The notes below the pieces were generated by a model. The model searched no databases. It was not told the origin of the DNA and saw only the letters and a list, made by a program, of their open reading frames with translations. Shown here one piece after another: positions 29,157 through 38,227 of a stretch of DNA of 64,000 nucleotides (position 1 is its first letter; each line of letters begins with the position of its first letter). The stretch comes from a virus: the IMG/VR virus record IMGVR_UViG_3300043409_001033, positions 10,193-74,192 of that record, one strand, 5' to 3'. Both the position numbers and the translations under genes were made by a program.

Positions 29157-29712
29157 TTTTAATCTTAGTTTGCAATTCACCAATTTCATTATCAAGTTCA
29201 GAAATTCTATTCTTGATTAAGTCAATTTTTTGGTTAGCAGTTTCGTCTAACATCTTGTCTTTCTTTAGTAACATATAACCTTCTAATTGCTTATTGATAC
29301 CATTTCTTGTATTGATAAGATTTTCTAATTGAGATTTTCTTGAAATCAATAAATCTTTTGAAAATTCTTTAATTAGTTTATTTGCATTTCTAATAGCAGT
29401 TCCTTCTTTCTTCACAATATAACGAATACTGTCTAAAGAAAGTTCCCCATTTTGTTGTTTTAATAATAAATCTGGAATATTTGTTTTTATTACAATATTT
29501 TCATGGGTAGATTGTTCGTCGGGAGCTTTAATAACATAAATCTCACCGATTTCATCTTTATCTCTAAGATGATTTCCCATTGATTCGTTTCTATTTATCA
29601 AATCAGATTGAATATCCATTGATTCATCTTCTTTGATAAGGTTTAATGTTTGTAATTTTTGGAGAACTATTGGAAATAACTTCTCTAATAAAATTTTTTT
29701 ATCCGTGTCCAT
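29140..29712 (-). CDS. Hypothetical protein, coiled-coil C-terminus
   Basis: 190 aa ORF with LLE/IKE sites. Confidence 0.55.
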   Translation of the reverse strand: MDTDKKILLEKLFPIVLQKLQTLNLIKEDESMDIQSDLINRNESMGNHLRDKDEIGEIYVIKAPDEQSTHENIVIKTNIPDLLLKQQNGELSLDSIRYIVKKEGTAIRNANKLIKEFSKDLLISRKSQLENLINTRNGINKQLEGYMLLKKDKMLDETANQKIDLIKNRISELDNEIGELQTKIKNAKSK

Positions 29713-29715
29713 TGT

Positions 29716-30384
29716 TTATTTGTTTTTTAATAAATAATTTACTAATATACCTCCGATAGCACCAACGTCGCCTAAGATATACTCTAATTGTTGTCTTTCT
29801 AATTCTTTGTGATGAGTAATAAATTCAATGCCTAATATTCCTAACAATTTATCGTCAATAGAATAAATAGGAAATGAATACATTGTTTTGATGGGATAAA
29901 TATTAATCAGAGCATCCATGTCGTATTTTGGCGAATCTGCATTTTGGAAGTCTATAAATAAAAATGTGTTTTTTACTATTTCAGAAATGTATCTATAATA
30001 TAAATGAATAGGAATATTTTGATACATTTCTTGAGTTTTGACAATACCTACATCGGCAGATTCAAATTTCATACTAAACTTTTGCATAGATTTAGCATTG
30101 TATAAATAATTTGAACCGTTATGAAATTGTTCTATCCAAATTTTATCACAATTGACACTATTCTTTATTGAATCTAATTTATCATATACAATTTTACAGG
30201 CTTCAAGTTCCAGTAGAACAGCATCTTTAGTAGTGTCTTCTTTTTTACCAAATAGTTTTTTTGCGTGTTCAGTGACGTAGGGTGCAATTACATACGTCAA
30301 TATTGCGATAAAAATAGAAACTAAAGTAGTCAATATTGTTGAAAATTGAATATCGGTTAATAATAGTATAAATAGATATGTCAC
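29716..30384 (-). CDS. Holin, T4 T-like (N-terminal TM plus GAF-like soluble domain)
   Basis: Hydrophobic N-terminus, then QFHNG.......SMQKFS..FE...LLGILGIEF. Confidence 0.65.
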   Translation of the reverse strand: MTYLFILLLTDIQFSTILTTLVSIFIAILTYVIAPYVTEHAKKLFGKKEDTTKDAVLLELEACKIVYDKLDSIKNSVNCDKIWIEQFHNGSNYLYNAKSMQKFSMKFESADVGIVKTQEMYQNIPIHLYYRYISEIVKNTFLFIDFQNADSPKYDMDALINIYPIKTMYSFPIYSIDDKLLGILGIEFITHHKELERQQLEYILGDVGAIGGILVNYLLKNK

Positions 30385-30403
30385 AACTTAATATATTTTT
30401 ACT

Positions 30404-30412
30404 TATAAATAT
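30404..30412 (-). promoter_or_regulatory. Putative late promoter ATATTTATA
   Basis: Recurrent motif upstream of the holin. Confidence 0.6.
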
Positions 30413-30414
30413 AG

Positions 30415-30963
30415 TTATTTCATTAAATTGTCTAATATATTCATTTTTTGGTCAACTAATTTACTAACTTGGTCATCATCGAGTATATTTTCGATGGTTT
30501 CTGTTACTACTCCATCTTCATTGAATATTTTTCTTGGTTTAGAATTTGATAAATATTCTTTGTACTCATCTTTCAAAGAACGTTTCATTGCTTCTATACT
30601 TTTATTTATTTGGTATTTTTCCCATTCTTCGTAAAGTCCACTAATTTTCAATTGTGTTTCAAATTTTAATTGACATGAAAAACAATGATTGTATAATTTA
30701 TACATTCTTTCATCCATCGGGTCACGCATTTTACACTTACAAGATGGACAAAAGTTTGGTGTTAATACACTTGATTTTAATGAATCAAATTTAGAAATTG
30801 ATTTTACTACTCCATCTTTAAAAATCCATTGTTTTCCATTTTCTTCCCATGTTTCCCCTTCTTTTCGAGTAGATTTTTTTGGTTCGGCATTAAATACTTT
30901 TAATGATGTATCTTCCAATCTTCCTAAAAGTCTGTTACTTATTAATTGTTCTTCTTTTGTCAT
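30415..30963 (-). CDS. Conserved phage protein with a zinc-binding motif
   Basis: RKEGETWEENGKQW..KDG; CPSC...CFSC. Confidence 0.6.
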   Translation of the reverse strand: MTKEEQLISNRLLGRLEDTSLKVFNAEPKKSTRKEGETWEENGKQWIFKDGVVKSISKFDSLKSSVLTPNFCPSCKCKMRDPMDERMYKLYNHCFSCQLKFETQLKISGLYEEWEKYQINKSIEAMKRSLKDEYKEYLSNSKPRKIFNEDGVVTETIENILDDDQVSKLVDQKMNILDNLMK

Positions 30964-30985
30964 CTTATTTTATAATTTTTATATT

Positions 30986-32962
30986 TTAGCAATTCCAAGC
31001 TCTTCTCGACCAATAATTAGCTTTAGTTCTATCTTTTCCACCACCTTTAATTCCTTTTGAGCGTGAACAGTATGATTTCTTTCTATCGGGATTATTTTTC
31101 TTTATATTATAATCTTTTGAACCAAAATTTACTTTAACCACTCTTCCATCTTTACCTTTGACATAAACTTTAAACTTTTTAACATCTCCTCTCATTGGTT
31201 TGTTTAGTGGAACTTTTTTACCTTTGTATTCTGCTTCGGATATTAATTGTCCATTTTGTTGAATACCTTTTAACCAGTCTACTGTTTTATCAAAATCACT
31301 ATCTGGAACATCGTATTCTTCGCAATCACATTCGTTTAATGATGCGTTTGATTTGTCAAATGAACTCATGTATTCTTTTATAGCGTTTAATGCTTGATTT
31401 GGTAAATTTAGATGAGACAACTTAATTCCAAACATATTTGTTATGTTAAAATTATCCGCTGTCCAAATGCTATATTTATTGGAATAAAACCTTATATTGA
31501 GTTTACTGAAATCGAATAGTTTTGTTATTATGCTTATAGCATCTTTTATTTCATTGTCTTGTAGTTCGGCATCTTCGTCATATAACATTGCATTATATAT
31601 TCTAACGAATAATTGAGAGAATCTGTCACCTTCATCTGATAACTCTTCAAAATGTTCTATTTCATCGTCAGTGTATTTTTCAACAGGTTGTTTGTCAATT
31701 ATTATTATATATTTCTTATTTAAAGATACGGATGCGTCGTACATTTTAGATGAACTTGGAGTAGATACGCACCATTTACTGTTTGCTCCATATTTACAAG
31801 ATGCTTTGTGACTCAATGGTGATACGATTGTATACCGTGAATCTCTATAAATATTTACTCTTTCAGATGACTTGACACTACCTTCGTCTAATTTATATTC
31901 TTTACTATTTTCGCAATCACATTCCATTAACGGTCTGTCTACATTATATGGTTCAATATATACTACTTCTCCATTTGATTTAGAGTATTTGAAAATATCA
32001 CTTTTAAAAGTAATTGGTTCTTTTAATCTTTTAACATATTTTTTACCCATGCCTTTTTTTACATAGGCAATTGTAGCATGAGGTTGATATGATGGATATT
32101 TATCACTATTTTCAAAATTTTTCTTAAAATAATTATGTAGTTTATGTAAAACGGGGGATTCTACATTAAATTTAACTACATCAAACTTATCATTTTCAAA
32201 TAAATCAATCTTAGTAAACGTAACTTCAATTGGATTTTTTAATTTTTGTAAAAGTTGTTCGATTTTATCTACATCGACATTTTCACTAAAACCATATAAA
32301 ACAGTTACATGAGGTTCATCTTCTTTTCCATAAGAAGAATCATTTTCCTCAGTATATAAATCTTCATCATCTATTTGAGATAAAACATAATTCCATTTTG
32401 GAATATCTAATTGTAACATTAAACAACCAAATTCATGTACTTCTTTCTTTGGTTCATTAGGGTCTATTCCAGTATTTGTCAATAACTCTTTATACATGGT
32501 TTTTATCTCTTCTTCTAATTTTTTATTAATTTCATCTAAATTAGGAATAGAAATATCTCCCGATAAAGTAGGAACAGATTTTTTTGTTGAAATGTATGGT
32601 GTCACAAGTATTTGAGGATTGATTTTTGAATAGTTTCTCATAATAATACCAGCCAAAGAATTTGCTTCATTTTCTATATCAGAACCAGTATCACCAGCGT
32701 TGTTATATAATTCTTTTTTCTCTAATTGGAAAAAATGTACGATTTCATGGGCTAAACTTCTACAAATATCAGCTAATAATCTATCTTTGACATAAACTAC
32801 TATTTCAATATTTTGTGTATCAAAATGAGCTAAAGTAGAAGTTTGAGATTTATCTTTTGTTAAGATTATTTTTGGTAATCGTTCAACATTAATTTGTTTT
32901 ATTGTAGATAACTCATCAAAAACATATTTTATAAAATCATTAAGAATCTCGTTACAATTCAT
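30986..32962 (-). CDS. Multidomain (polyvalent) protein: HExxH zincin, Acb1/gp57B-like 2H phosphoesterase, SCKYG..KWC domain, basic C-terminal domain
   Basis: RSLAHEIVH...E.EAN; PHVTVLYG and YQPHATIAY (paired HxT); domains separated by LME|CDCE, LDE|G, LNE|CDCE, ISE|AEY. Confidence 0.75.
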   Translation of the reverse strand: MNCNEILNDFIKYVFDELSTIKQINVERLPKIILTKDKSQTSTLAHFDTQNIEIVVYVKDRLLADICRSLAHEIVHFFQLEKKELYNNAGDTGSDIENEANSLAGIIMRNYSKINPQILVTPYISTKKSVPTLSGDISIPNLDEINKKLEEEIKTMYKELLTNTGIDPNEPKKEVHEFGCLMLQLDIPKWNYVLSQIDDEDLYTEENDSSYGKEDEPHVTVLYGFSENVDVDKIEQLLQKLKNPIEVTFTKIDLFENDKFDVVKFNVESPVLHKLHNYFKKNFENSDKYPSYQPHATIAYVKKGMGKKYVKRLKEPITFKSDIFKYSKSNGEVVYIEPYNVDRPLMECDCENSKEYKLDEGSVKSSERVNIYRDSRYTIVSPLSHKASCKYGANSKWCVSTPSSSKMYDASVSLNKKYIIIIDKQPVEKYTDDEIEHFEELSDEGDRFSQLFVRIYNAMLYDEDAELQDNEIKDAISIITKLFDFSKLNIRFYSNKYSIWTADNFNITNMFGIKLSHLNLPNQALNAIKEYMSSFDKSNASLNECDCEEYDVPDSDFDKTVDWLKGIQQNGQLISEAEYKGKKVPLNKPMRGDVKKFKVYVKGKDGRVVKVNFGSKDYNIKKNNPDRKKSYCSRSKGIKGGGKDRTKANYWSRRAWNC

Positions 32963-32970
32963 CTTTTGTT

Positions 32971-32979
32971 TATAAATAT
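32971..32979 (-). promoter_or_regulatory. Putative late promoter ATATTTATA
   Basis: 8 nt between the motif and the ATG. Confidence 0.65.
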
Positions 32980-32988
32980 GATTGATAA

Positions 32989-33015
32989 CAAAAAATGCGA
33001 ACTATGTTCGCATTT
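32989..33015 (-). terminator. Rho-independent terminator
   Basis: AAATGCGAAC-ATA-GTTCGCATTT perfect hairpin plus U-tract. Confidence 0.8.
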
Positions 33016-33023
33016 AAAAGATT

Positions 33024-33806
33024 TTAACTTAAATATATAAGATTTCCATCATCATCTACAAAACAAATATCTTCCTGATTTTTATAAATAGAATTATACA
33101 TATCTTTATTATCTTTAAATTGTTGATAATGAAATTCACTTATTTCTTCATTTGTCATTGGCGAATTATATATTTCTTCAAACCATTCTCCACTATATAA
33201 ATCTTTATTTGTTTGTTGTTCTCTAAAATATTCTAAATGATATTTTAATTTTTCATTATTTCCAAATTTTGTCAATAAATCATAATAAAGTTTACCATTG
33301 TTCAACATTAATAAGTTTGCATTTAAACTTTGAATCGTTTCTTTAGTATCATTATACTTTTGATTCATATTTTGAATAACGTCTTCTTTAGCATTTTTTA
33401 TAAATGATTCATTATTAAGATTTGATTTATATTTTTCTAATTGTTTACCTAATCTTAAAATTTCTTTATTTATAGATTCTTCTTGAGATTTCTTATCAAT
33501 ATTTGGTAGTTCTAAGTAAACATTATATCCTTGAATATTGGTGTATTCAAATAGATTATTTCTTTCAAACATTGGATATAAATTGTAATCAATATTTTGT
33601 ATATTAACACCATGTAATTTTTCTATACACATAGCATTAGAAACAATATAAACATCATTTAATTCAATATCTTTACCCATCATATCAATAGATAAATTTA
33701 AAGGGATAGATTTGTTTATATTATATTTATTTCTAATATTTCTTACAAATTCAACAATCTTAAACAAAGTATCAAAATTGTAACATAGTATTTCTTGATG
33801 GTTCAT
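33024..33806 (-). CDS. Protein resembling the C-terminal anticodon-binding/coiled-coil tRNA-binding arm of valyl-tRNA synthetase, without a catalytic domain
   Basis: IVEFVRNIRNKYNI...; KEILRLGKQLEKYKSNLNNESFIKNAKEDVIQ matches the ValRS arm pattern (L.N..F...A...V). Confidence 0.65.
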   Translation of the reverse strand: MNHQEILCYNFDTLFKIVEFVRNIRNKYNINKSIPLNLSIDMMGKDIELNDVYIVSNAMCIEKLHGVNIQNIDYNLYPMFERNNLFEYTNIQGYNVYLELPNIDKKSQEESINKEILRLGKQLEKYKSNLNNESFIKNAKEDVIQNMNQKYNDTKETIQSLNANLLMLNNGKLYYDLLTKFGNNEKLKYHLEYFREQQTNKDLYSGEWFEEIYNSPMTNEEISEFHYQQFKDNKDMYNSIYKNQEDICFVDDDGNLIYLS

Positions 33807-33994
33807 TAATCTTGATTATTTAAAGTGTCAAAAACTATTTTGCTACATTTTTTACAAACTAAATGATATTGTTTTTGTTCTCTACTCAAAAAAGCATGAG
33901 TAATATCTTGAAATAACCATTTCATAGAAGAATCTTTTCCGCATATTGTTATTTTATCATTAGAAGGATTTTTTATACAATGAATATATTCCAT
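33806..33994 (-). CDS. Small zinc-binding hypothetical protein
   Basis: HC..., TICG, CKKC; 62 aa. Confidence 0.55.
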   Translation of the reverse strand: MEYIHCIKNPSNDKITICGKDSSMKWLFQDITHAFLSREQKQYHLVCKKCSKIVFDTLNNQD

Positions 33995-34058
33995 ATTTTT
34001 TTATTTTATTTATTATCAAAACCAATAAAATTGACAATTAGTTTCAAAATTTAGATAT

Positions 34059-35030
34059 TTATTTCATATTCTTTAATTTGATTCTAAGCAACTCTTTTAG
34101 GTTCATTGGTAGTGTTTGTTGGATTAATTGTTTTACGAGCTTCTTGCCCAATTTAGAGGGGTCTTTGTCCTCCATTTCTACAAGATAAACTCTTTTACCA
34201 ATGTGCATTAAATCAATGGATATTTCTAAAGATAATTTAAAAGCATCTTTATCTAAACAAATGTAAATATCATTAACGTCTTGTTGATAAATTCTTTCAA
34301 TTAACATTGGAGACATATTTTTTCCAAAAAGAGGAATAGCATTTTCTCCAATAGCAATTGCATCAAAAGAACCTTCACATAGATATATTGGTTGAGTAAA
34401 ATCTATTAGATTTTCAAAGTTAATAATATTTTCATCTATATTTTTTGGTTTAAGATATTTTAATTGTGGATTTTCTTCATCTGATAATAATCTTGCTGTA
34501 AAATTTATTAACCTATTATCTTTATCATAAGATGGTATGATGATTCTATTTTCATAATATCCTGTTAAACAATATCCAATGTGGTAAGTGTAAATATCTT
34601 TTTTTGATATGTTTCTTGATTTAAGATATTGAATAGCGTTTTCTAATTTTGCATTAGATATTTTTCCATATAATGATTTATCAATATCTCCTAAAAATAT
34701 AAATTCTTTTGGAAGAGTTAATGTAGGGATTGGTTTTGATTCTTGTGGTTTAGTTGGTAATTGAACATATTTACTTAATGTTTCAATTTTGGAATAATCT
34801 ACATTTATTTTTTTAAATAGATAATGTAAATTATTTCCTTTTAAACCACATGACCAACAATGATAAGGATTTTTTCCTTGTGTAGTGGTTAGAACTATTT
34901 CTAACTTTTTATTACCTAAATTATGGGAAGAACATTTTGGATTGATACATTTGAAAGCATAATTATCATCCGATGTGTGTTTTGAAGAACCTAAGACAGA
35001 TTCTAATAAATTTAATAATAATACGTTCAT
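34059..35030 (-). CDS. DNA primase (T4 gp61-like; zinc ribbon plus TOPRIM)
   Basis: CINPKC..H / HCWSC zinc ribbon; YL..R.I; RIIIP; CEGSFDA; CLDKDA; KDPS. Confidence 0.88.
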   Translation of the reverse strand: MNVLLLNLLESVLGSSKHTSDDNYAFKCINPKCSSHNLGNKKLEIVLTTTQGKNPYHCWSCGLKGNNLHYLFKKINVDYSKIETLSKYVQLPTKPQESKPIPTLTLPKEFIFLGDIDKSLYGKISNAKLENAIQYLKSRNISKKDIYTYHIGYCLTGYYENRIIIPSYDKDNRLINFTARLLSDEENPQLKYLKPKNIDENIINFENLIDFTQPIYLCEGSFDAIAIGENAIPLFGKNMSPMLIERIYQQDVNDIYICLDKDAFKLSLEISIDLMHIGKRVYLVEMEDKDPSKLGKKLVKQLIQQTLPMNLKELLRIKLKNMK

Positions 35031-35047
35031 AAAATTTGATTTGTAAT

Positions 35048-35302
35048 TTAAACTAACTGATAACCTAAGTTATTTTCAAGTTTTTGTTTTATTTTATCTC
35101 TATATTCAGAAATTTTTAAATCTTTTTTGAAAGGTTTCGATATTACCAATACACTCTTTAAAGTTTCATTATTAAAATTTCCATCATAAATACATCTTAA
35201 AAAATTTATTATTCGTTGAGGTTCATTTTGATTAACCCATCCATATATTTTATCATATATTGTATCAAATTGGATATGCGATTCTTCTTTATAAACGTCC
35301 AT
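35048..35302 (-). CDS. Hypothetical protein
   Basis: 84 aa ORF overlapping its neighbour. Confidence 0.5.
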   Translation of the reverse strand: MDVYKEESHIQFDTIYDKIYGWVNQNEPQRIINFLRCIYDGNFNNETLKSVLVISKPFKKDLKISEYRDKIKQKLENNLGYQLV

Positions 35303-35705
35303 AATTTTTAGATTCGTTATCTATATAATTTTTCATTTCTAACAATTTTTTATACACATCGTTTGAATATAAATCACTTGCTATCCTATCAACAACTTCT
35401 TCAATCTTAGGATTATCAATCAAGTCATCTTCATCGGGGTTTAACCCAAACAAATTAAATAGTTTTCTTCTAAAATATTCAATATCTTTTTCACAATTGA
35501 TTACAGATGAATCTTCTAAATTTATTATTTGAACAAGAGATTCGTCTAAAGCATCACACGTTGCAGAATCCGTTATTACAGTGTATTTTTTATACTTCAT
35601 TGGAATATAACGAGATGATGTTTCAATCATTAATTTGGTCTCATTGTCTTCTAATGAAACATATTTTTCAATTGCTTTTTGGTAATCATTATCAGAAACT
35701 TTCAT
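35289..35705 (-). CDS. Hypothetical protein
   Basis: 138 aa ORF overlapping both neighbours. Confidence 0.5.
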   Translation of the reverse strand: MKVSDNDYQKAIEKYVSLEDNETKLMIETSSRYIPMKYKKYTVITDSATCDALDESLVQIINLEDSSVINCEKDIEYFRRKLFNLFGLNPDEDDLIDNPKIEEVVDRIASDLYSNDVYKKLLEMKNYIDNESKNYGRL

Positions 35706-36159
35706 AATTTTTTATTTTACTTGGATAATATCTACCCAAAATGTTATAATTATAATATTTATCTACATTTTCAATGACTCTTTCTTCCATTTGACATCTT
35801 AACTCTAAATAAGATAAAGTTTGTTTATCTGTTACGGCATATAAGATTTCTCTTTTGAAATTTCCTTTACCCAAAAGTTTAATATCTTCTTTTAGGGTTT
35901 CGGAACTTCCCCAATATTCTTTCCATTTAGATTCGGTTACTACTTTCTTTTTTGTAGGCTTCTTTCCTCTTTTTGGTGGAAGATTTATAAGTTCTTTTTT
36001 GGTTAGTTTTTTATTAACGGTCGAAGTTAATAATTTTTTTCCAATATATTGTTTATTATTTGTTAAATTTGTTATTCTATAAATAAATCCAATATGTTTT
36101 GATAAATCTATTTTTTCGGAATTAATCCAATCGTTGTTTTCCATAATTTTACATATCAA
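35692..36159 (-). CDS. GIY-YIG family nuclease
   Basis: GFIYRITN..NNKQYIGKK...YWGSS...FKREIL...LE...YYN. Confidence 0.75.
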   Translation of the reverse strand: MICKIMENNDWINSEKIDLSKHIGFIYRITNLTNNKQYIGKKLLTSTVNKKLTKKELINLPPKRGKKPTKKKVVTESKWKEYWGSSETLKEDIKLLGKGNFKREILYAVTDKQTLSYLELRCQMEERVIENVDKYYNYNILGRYYPSKIKNYESF

Positions 36160-36457
36160 ATCTTACTTCAAAGATTGTATCGGTGGTTTTTGATAAAGGG
36201 ATTGGTTGATTTGATTTAGCAATTGCTACTAATTCTTTATTATTATTGTATAGTCCTATTGTTGAAACGTAAGGTTGAAAAGATTCTTCATTAACAAAAT
36301 CTTTTACTATTCCATCTACTGAATTAGGGTTTACTAATAAAGATTTATTTGTAGAGTATAAAAATTCTCTTTCCTTTGCTTTACAACGAACTATTGTTTC
36401 AAATACAGTATGTGAGTTTTTAAACTCAATGCTAAAATTACCAGTGTTAGTTATCAT
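36149..36457 (-). CDS. Virion/baseplate protein C-terminal module (paralog of the C-terminus of 44965..45978)
   Basis: PYVSTIGLYN..KELVAIAK..QPI...IFEVRFD vs TYVTTLGVYT..MELVGVAKLSKPL...IIKVKFS. Confidence 0.7.
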   Translation of the reverse strand: MITNTGNFSIEFKNSHTVFETIVRCKAKEREFLYSTNKSLLVNPNSVDGIVKDFVNEESFQPYVSTIGLYNNNKELVAIAKSNQPIPLSKTTDTIFEVRFDM

Positions 36458-37397
36458 ATCCTAATTTTTTACCAGTTTTTAAAATTTCTTGAACATAGAA
36501 TTTGGTATTAGAATTTTTATCAATTGTGTTTATATCATATTTGTATGGAAAATCATTTCTAAAAGCATCTTTAAAAAATACATTTTTCATTTGTGGTGTT
36601 ATTCCAGCATTATGATATATTTTATATTTATCAACATCGTTTATTCCACAAGCCCAAGAAAATTCTAAATCTTGATGCAATCTTGTATCGAATCCATGTT
36701 TCCATGCTAAATATTGAACTGCTATCATATCCGCTACCCAATATTGAAACTCGTGATAATTTTCTTTTGGTTGATTTGAACAAATAGCCCATTGAGATTT
36801 GTAATATTCAGTTCTATCTTTTAATTTGAATATTTGTTCACTTACTTTTTCTACTTCATTCCAAAATTGATAGTTTGTTCCGTATAAAAAATATTGACAA
36901 CCTCCTGTATATTGCTTATTCCTTCTTACAACTAATGGAGAAACGCCTGTTATTTCGCAAATATCTAATAAAACATCTGTTCCTTTTAATATGACATAAT
37001 CATAATTCAAATAAGACCTTGTATCACTAACAAACCAATAGTCACTTTGGTTCATTTGTTCAAAATTTGGTAATCCTTTATAAGTAAAACAAATATCACT
37101 ATCGTGATAAAACATTTTCTCATCTTCTAAATGAGGATTATTTTGAATAAATTTTTTGATGATATGGGGTCTAATCGTAGGTTGATAACTTACATCTAAA
37201 CGAGTATCTTCAATTAAAATAATATTTGATTTAAGTTGATTTTTTAATGTTAATAAATCATTACTTGGTATTCCTTTATATCCAAATAAAGCATAAACAT
37301 TTGATAAATCAACACCATTTAATTCAAAATTTGTATGTTGAACTTGTATTTCCCAAATGAATCTTTTATCATCGGGTTGGGCAGATAAATAAATCAT
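36447..37397 (-). CDS. GT-A glycosyltransferase resembling protein O-glycosyltransferases (HPAT/SERGT, GT95/GT96-like)
   Basis: SAQP...F.WE..V, YQPTIRPH, FYHDSDI (DxD), GGCQY, WVADM.A, IYHNAG. Confidence 0.7.
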   Translation of the reverse strand: MIYLSAQPDDKRFIWEIQVQHTNFELNGVDLSNVYALFGYKGIPSNDLLTLKNQLKSNIILIEDTRLDVSYQPTIRPHIIKKFIQNNPHLEDEKMFYHDSDICFTYKGLPNFEQMNQSDYWFVSDTRSYLNYDYVILKGTDVLLDICEITGVSPLVVRRNKQYTGGCQYFLYGTNYQFWNEVEKVSEQIFKLKDRTEYYKSQWAICSNQPKENYHEFQYWVADMIAVQYLAWKHGFDTRLHQDLEFSWACGINDVDKYKIYHNAGITPQMKNVFFKDAFRNDFPYKYDINTIDKNSNTKFYVQEILKTGKKLGYDN

Positions 37398-38227
37398 ATT
37401 CTATAATTCTTCCAGTAAGTATGTTCTTTATTATAACTATCTGAAAATGAATCATAGTGATTTGTAAAATTTCTTCCATGTTTGATGTGGATAGATTGTT
37501 GTTTGTCATAAACAACCTTTACACCAAAACTCGGTTCGACAGAATTATATTCTCCTTGTAAATATTTTAACAAAATAGCACTAAAGTATTCAACAGCAAA
37601 ATCAAATTTCATCGTCATTTGATGTAATGGAATCGTAGATTGTTTTAAATTTGAATATCCAAATTCATTTAATCCACCATAATTCATATTACAAATAATA
37701 TTTTCATTAAAATCTTCATATTCAAAATGTTCGCTTGTATATAAAACATCATGTTCTAAAAAAGATACATATTCATACCCTTTATTATATTTTTTAGCAA
37801 GTAATAAACATTGAAGAATTTGTGAAACTATCGTAAAATGAGATGAATTGTTTTTATTGATTGAACTTAAATTATAAAATTTATCATTATTTATCTTTTC
37901 CCAAGCACAAGTAATAATGTCTATTTTAGAAGTTAATTTCTCTAATTCAAATAATACCTTTGATAAAATATCGGGTCTTATTTGATTATTTGTATAAAAT
38001 ATACCTAATCTATTACTTGTTGGAAATTTATTAAAATAATCCACTAAGAAAGTATCCCATTCCTTTATGATAATTGTTGAATTAACACATAGATATTTTC
38101 TATTGTTTGGTTCGGGGTCGGAAAATAAATTATTACTAACTACAAAATCTTCTTTTTGTGATTGGACAATATTAGTAACATCAATTTCATTGGTAATTCC
38201 TCTATAAACTGCTTTAGTTATGAGCAT
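37394..38227 (-). CDS. GT-A glycosyltransferase with an N-terminal SUEL/Gal-lectin-like module
   Basis: N-terminal I.KA.Y....DVT..V.......SN.LF.DP.P...KYL; YVSFLEHDVLY (DxD variant); IHIKHG.NFT. Confidence 0.65.
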   Translation of the reverse strand: MLITKAVYRGITNEIDVTNIVQSQKEDFVVSNNLFSDPEPNNRKYLCVNSTIIIKEWDTFLVDYFNKFPTSNRLGIFYTNNQIRPDILSKVLFELEKLTSKIDIITCAWEKINNDKFYNLSSINKNNSSHFTIVSQILQCLLLAKKYNKGYEYVSFLEHDVLYTSEHFEYEDFNENIICNMNYGGLNEFGYSNLKQSTIPLHQMTMKFDFAVEYFSAILLKYLQGEYNSVEPSFGVKVVYDKQQSIHIKHGRNFTNHYDSFSDSYNKEHTYWKNYRI

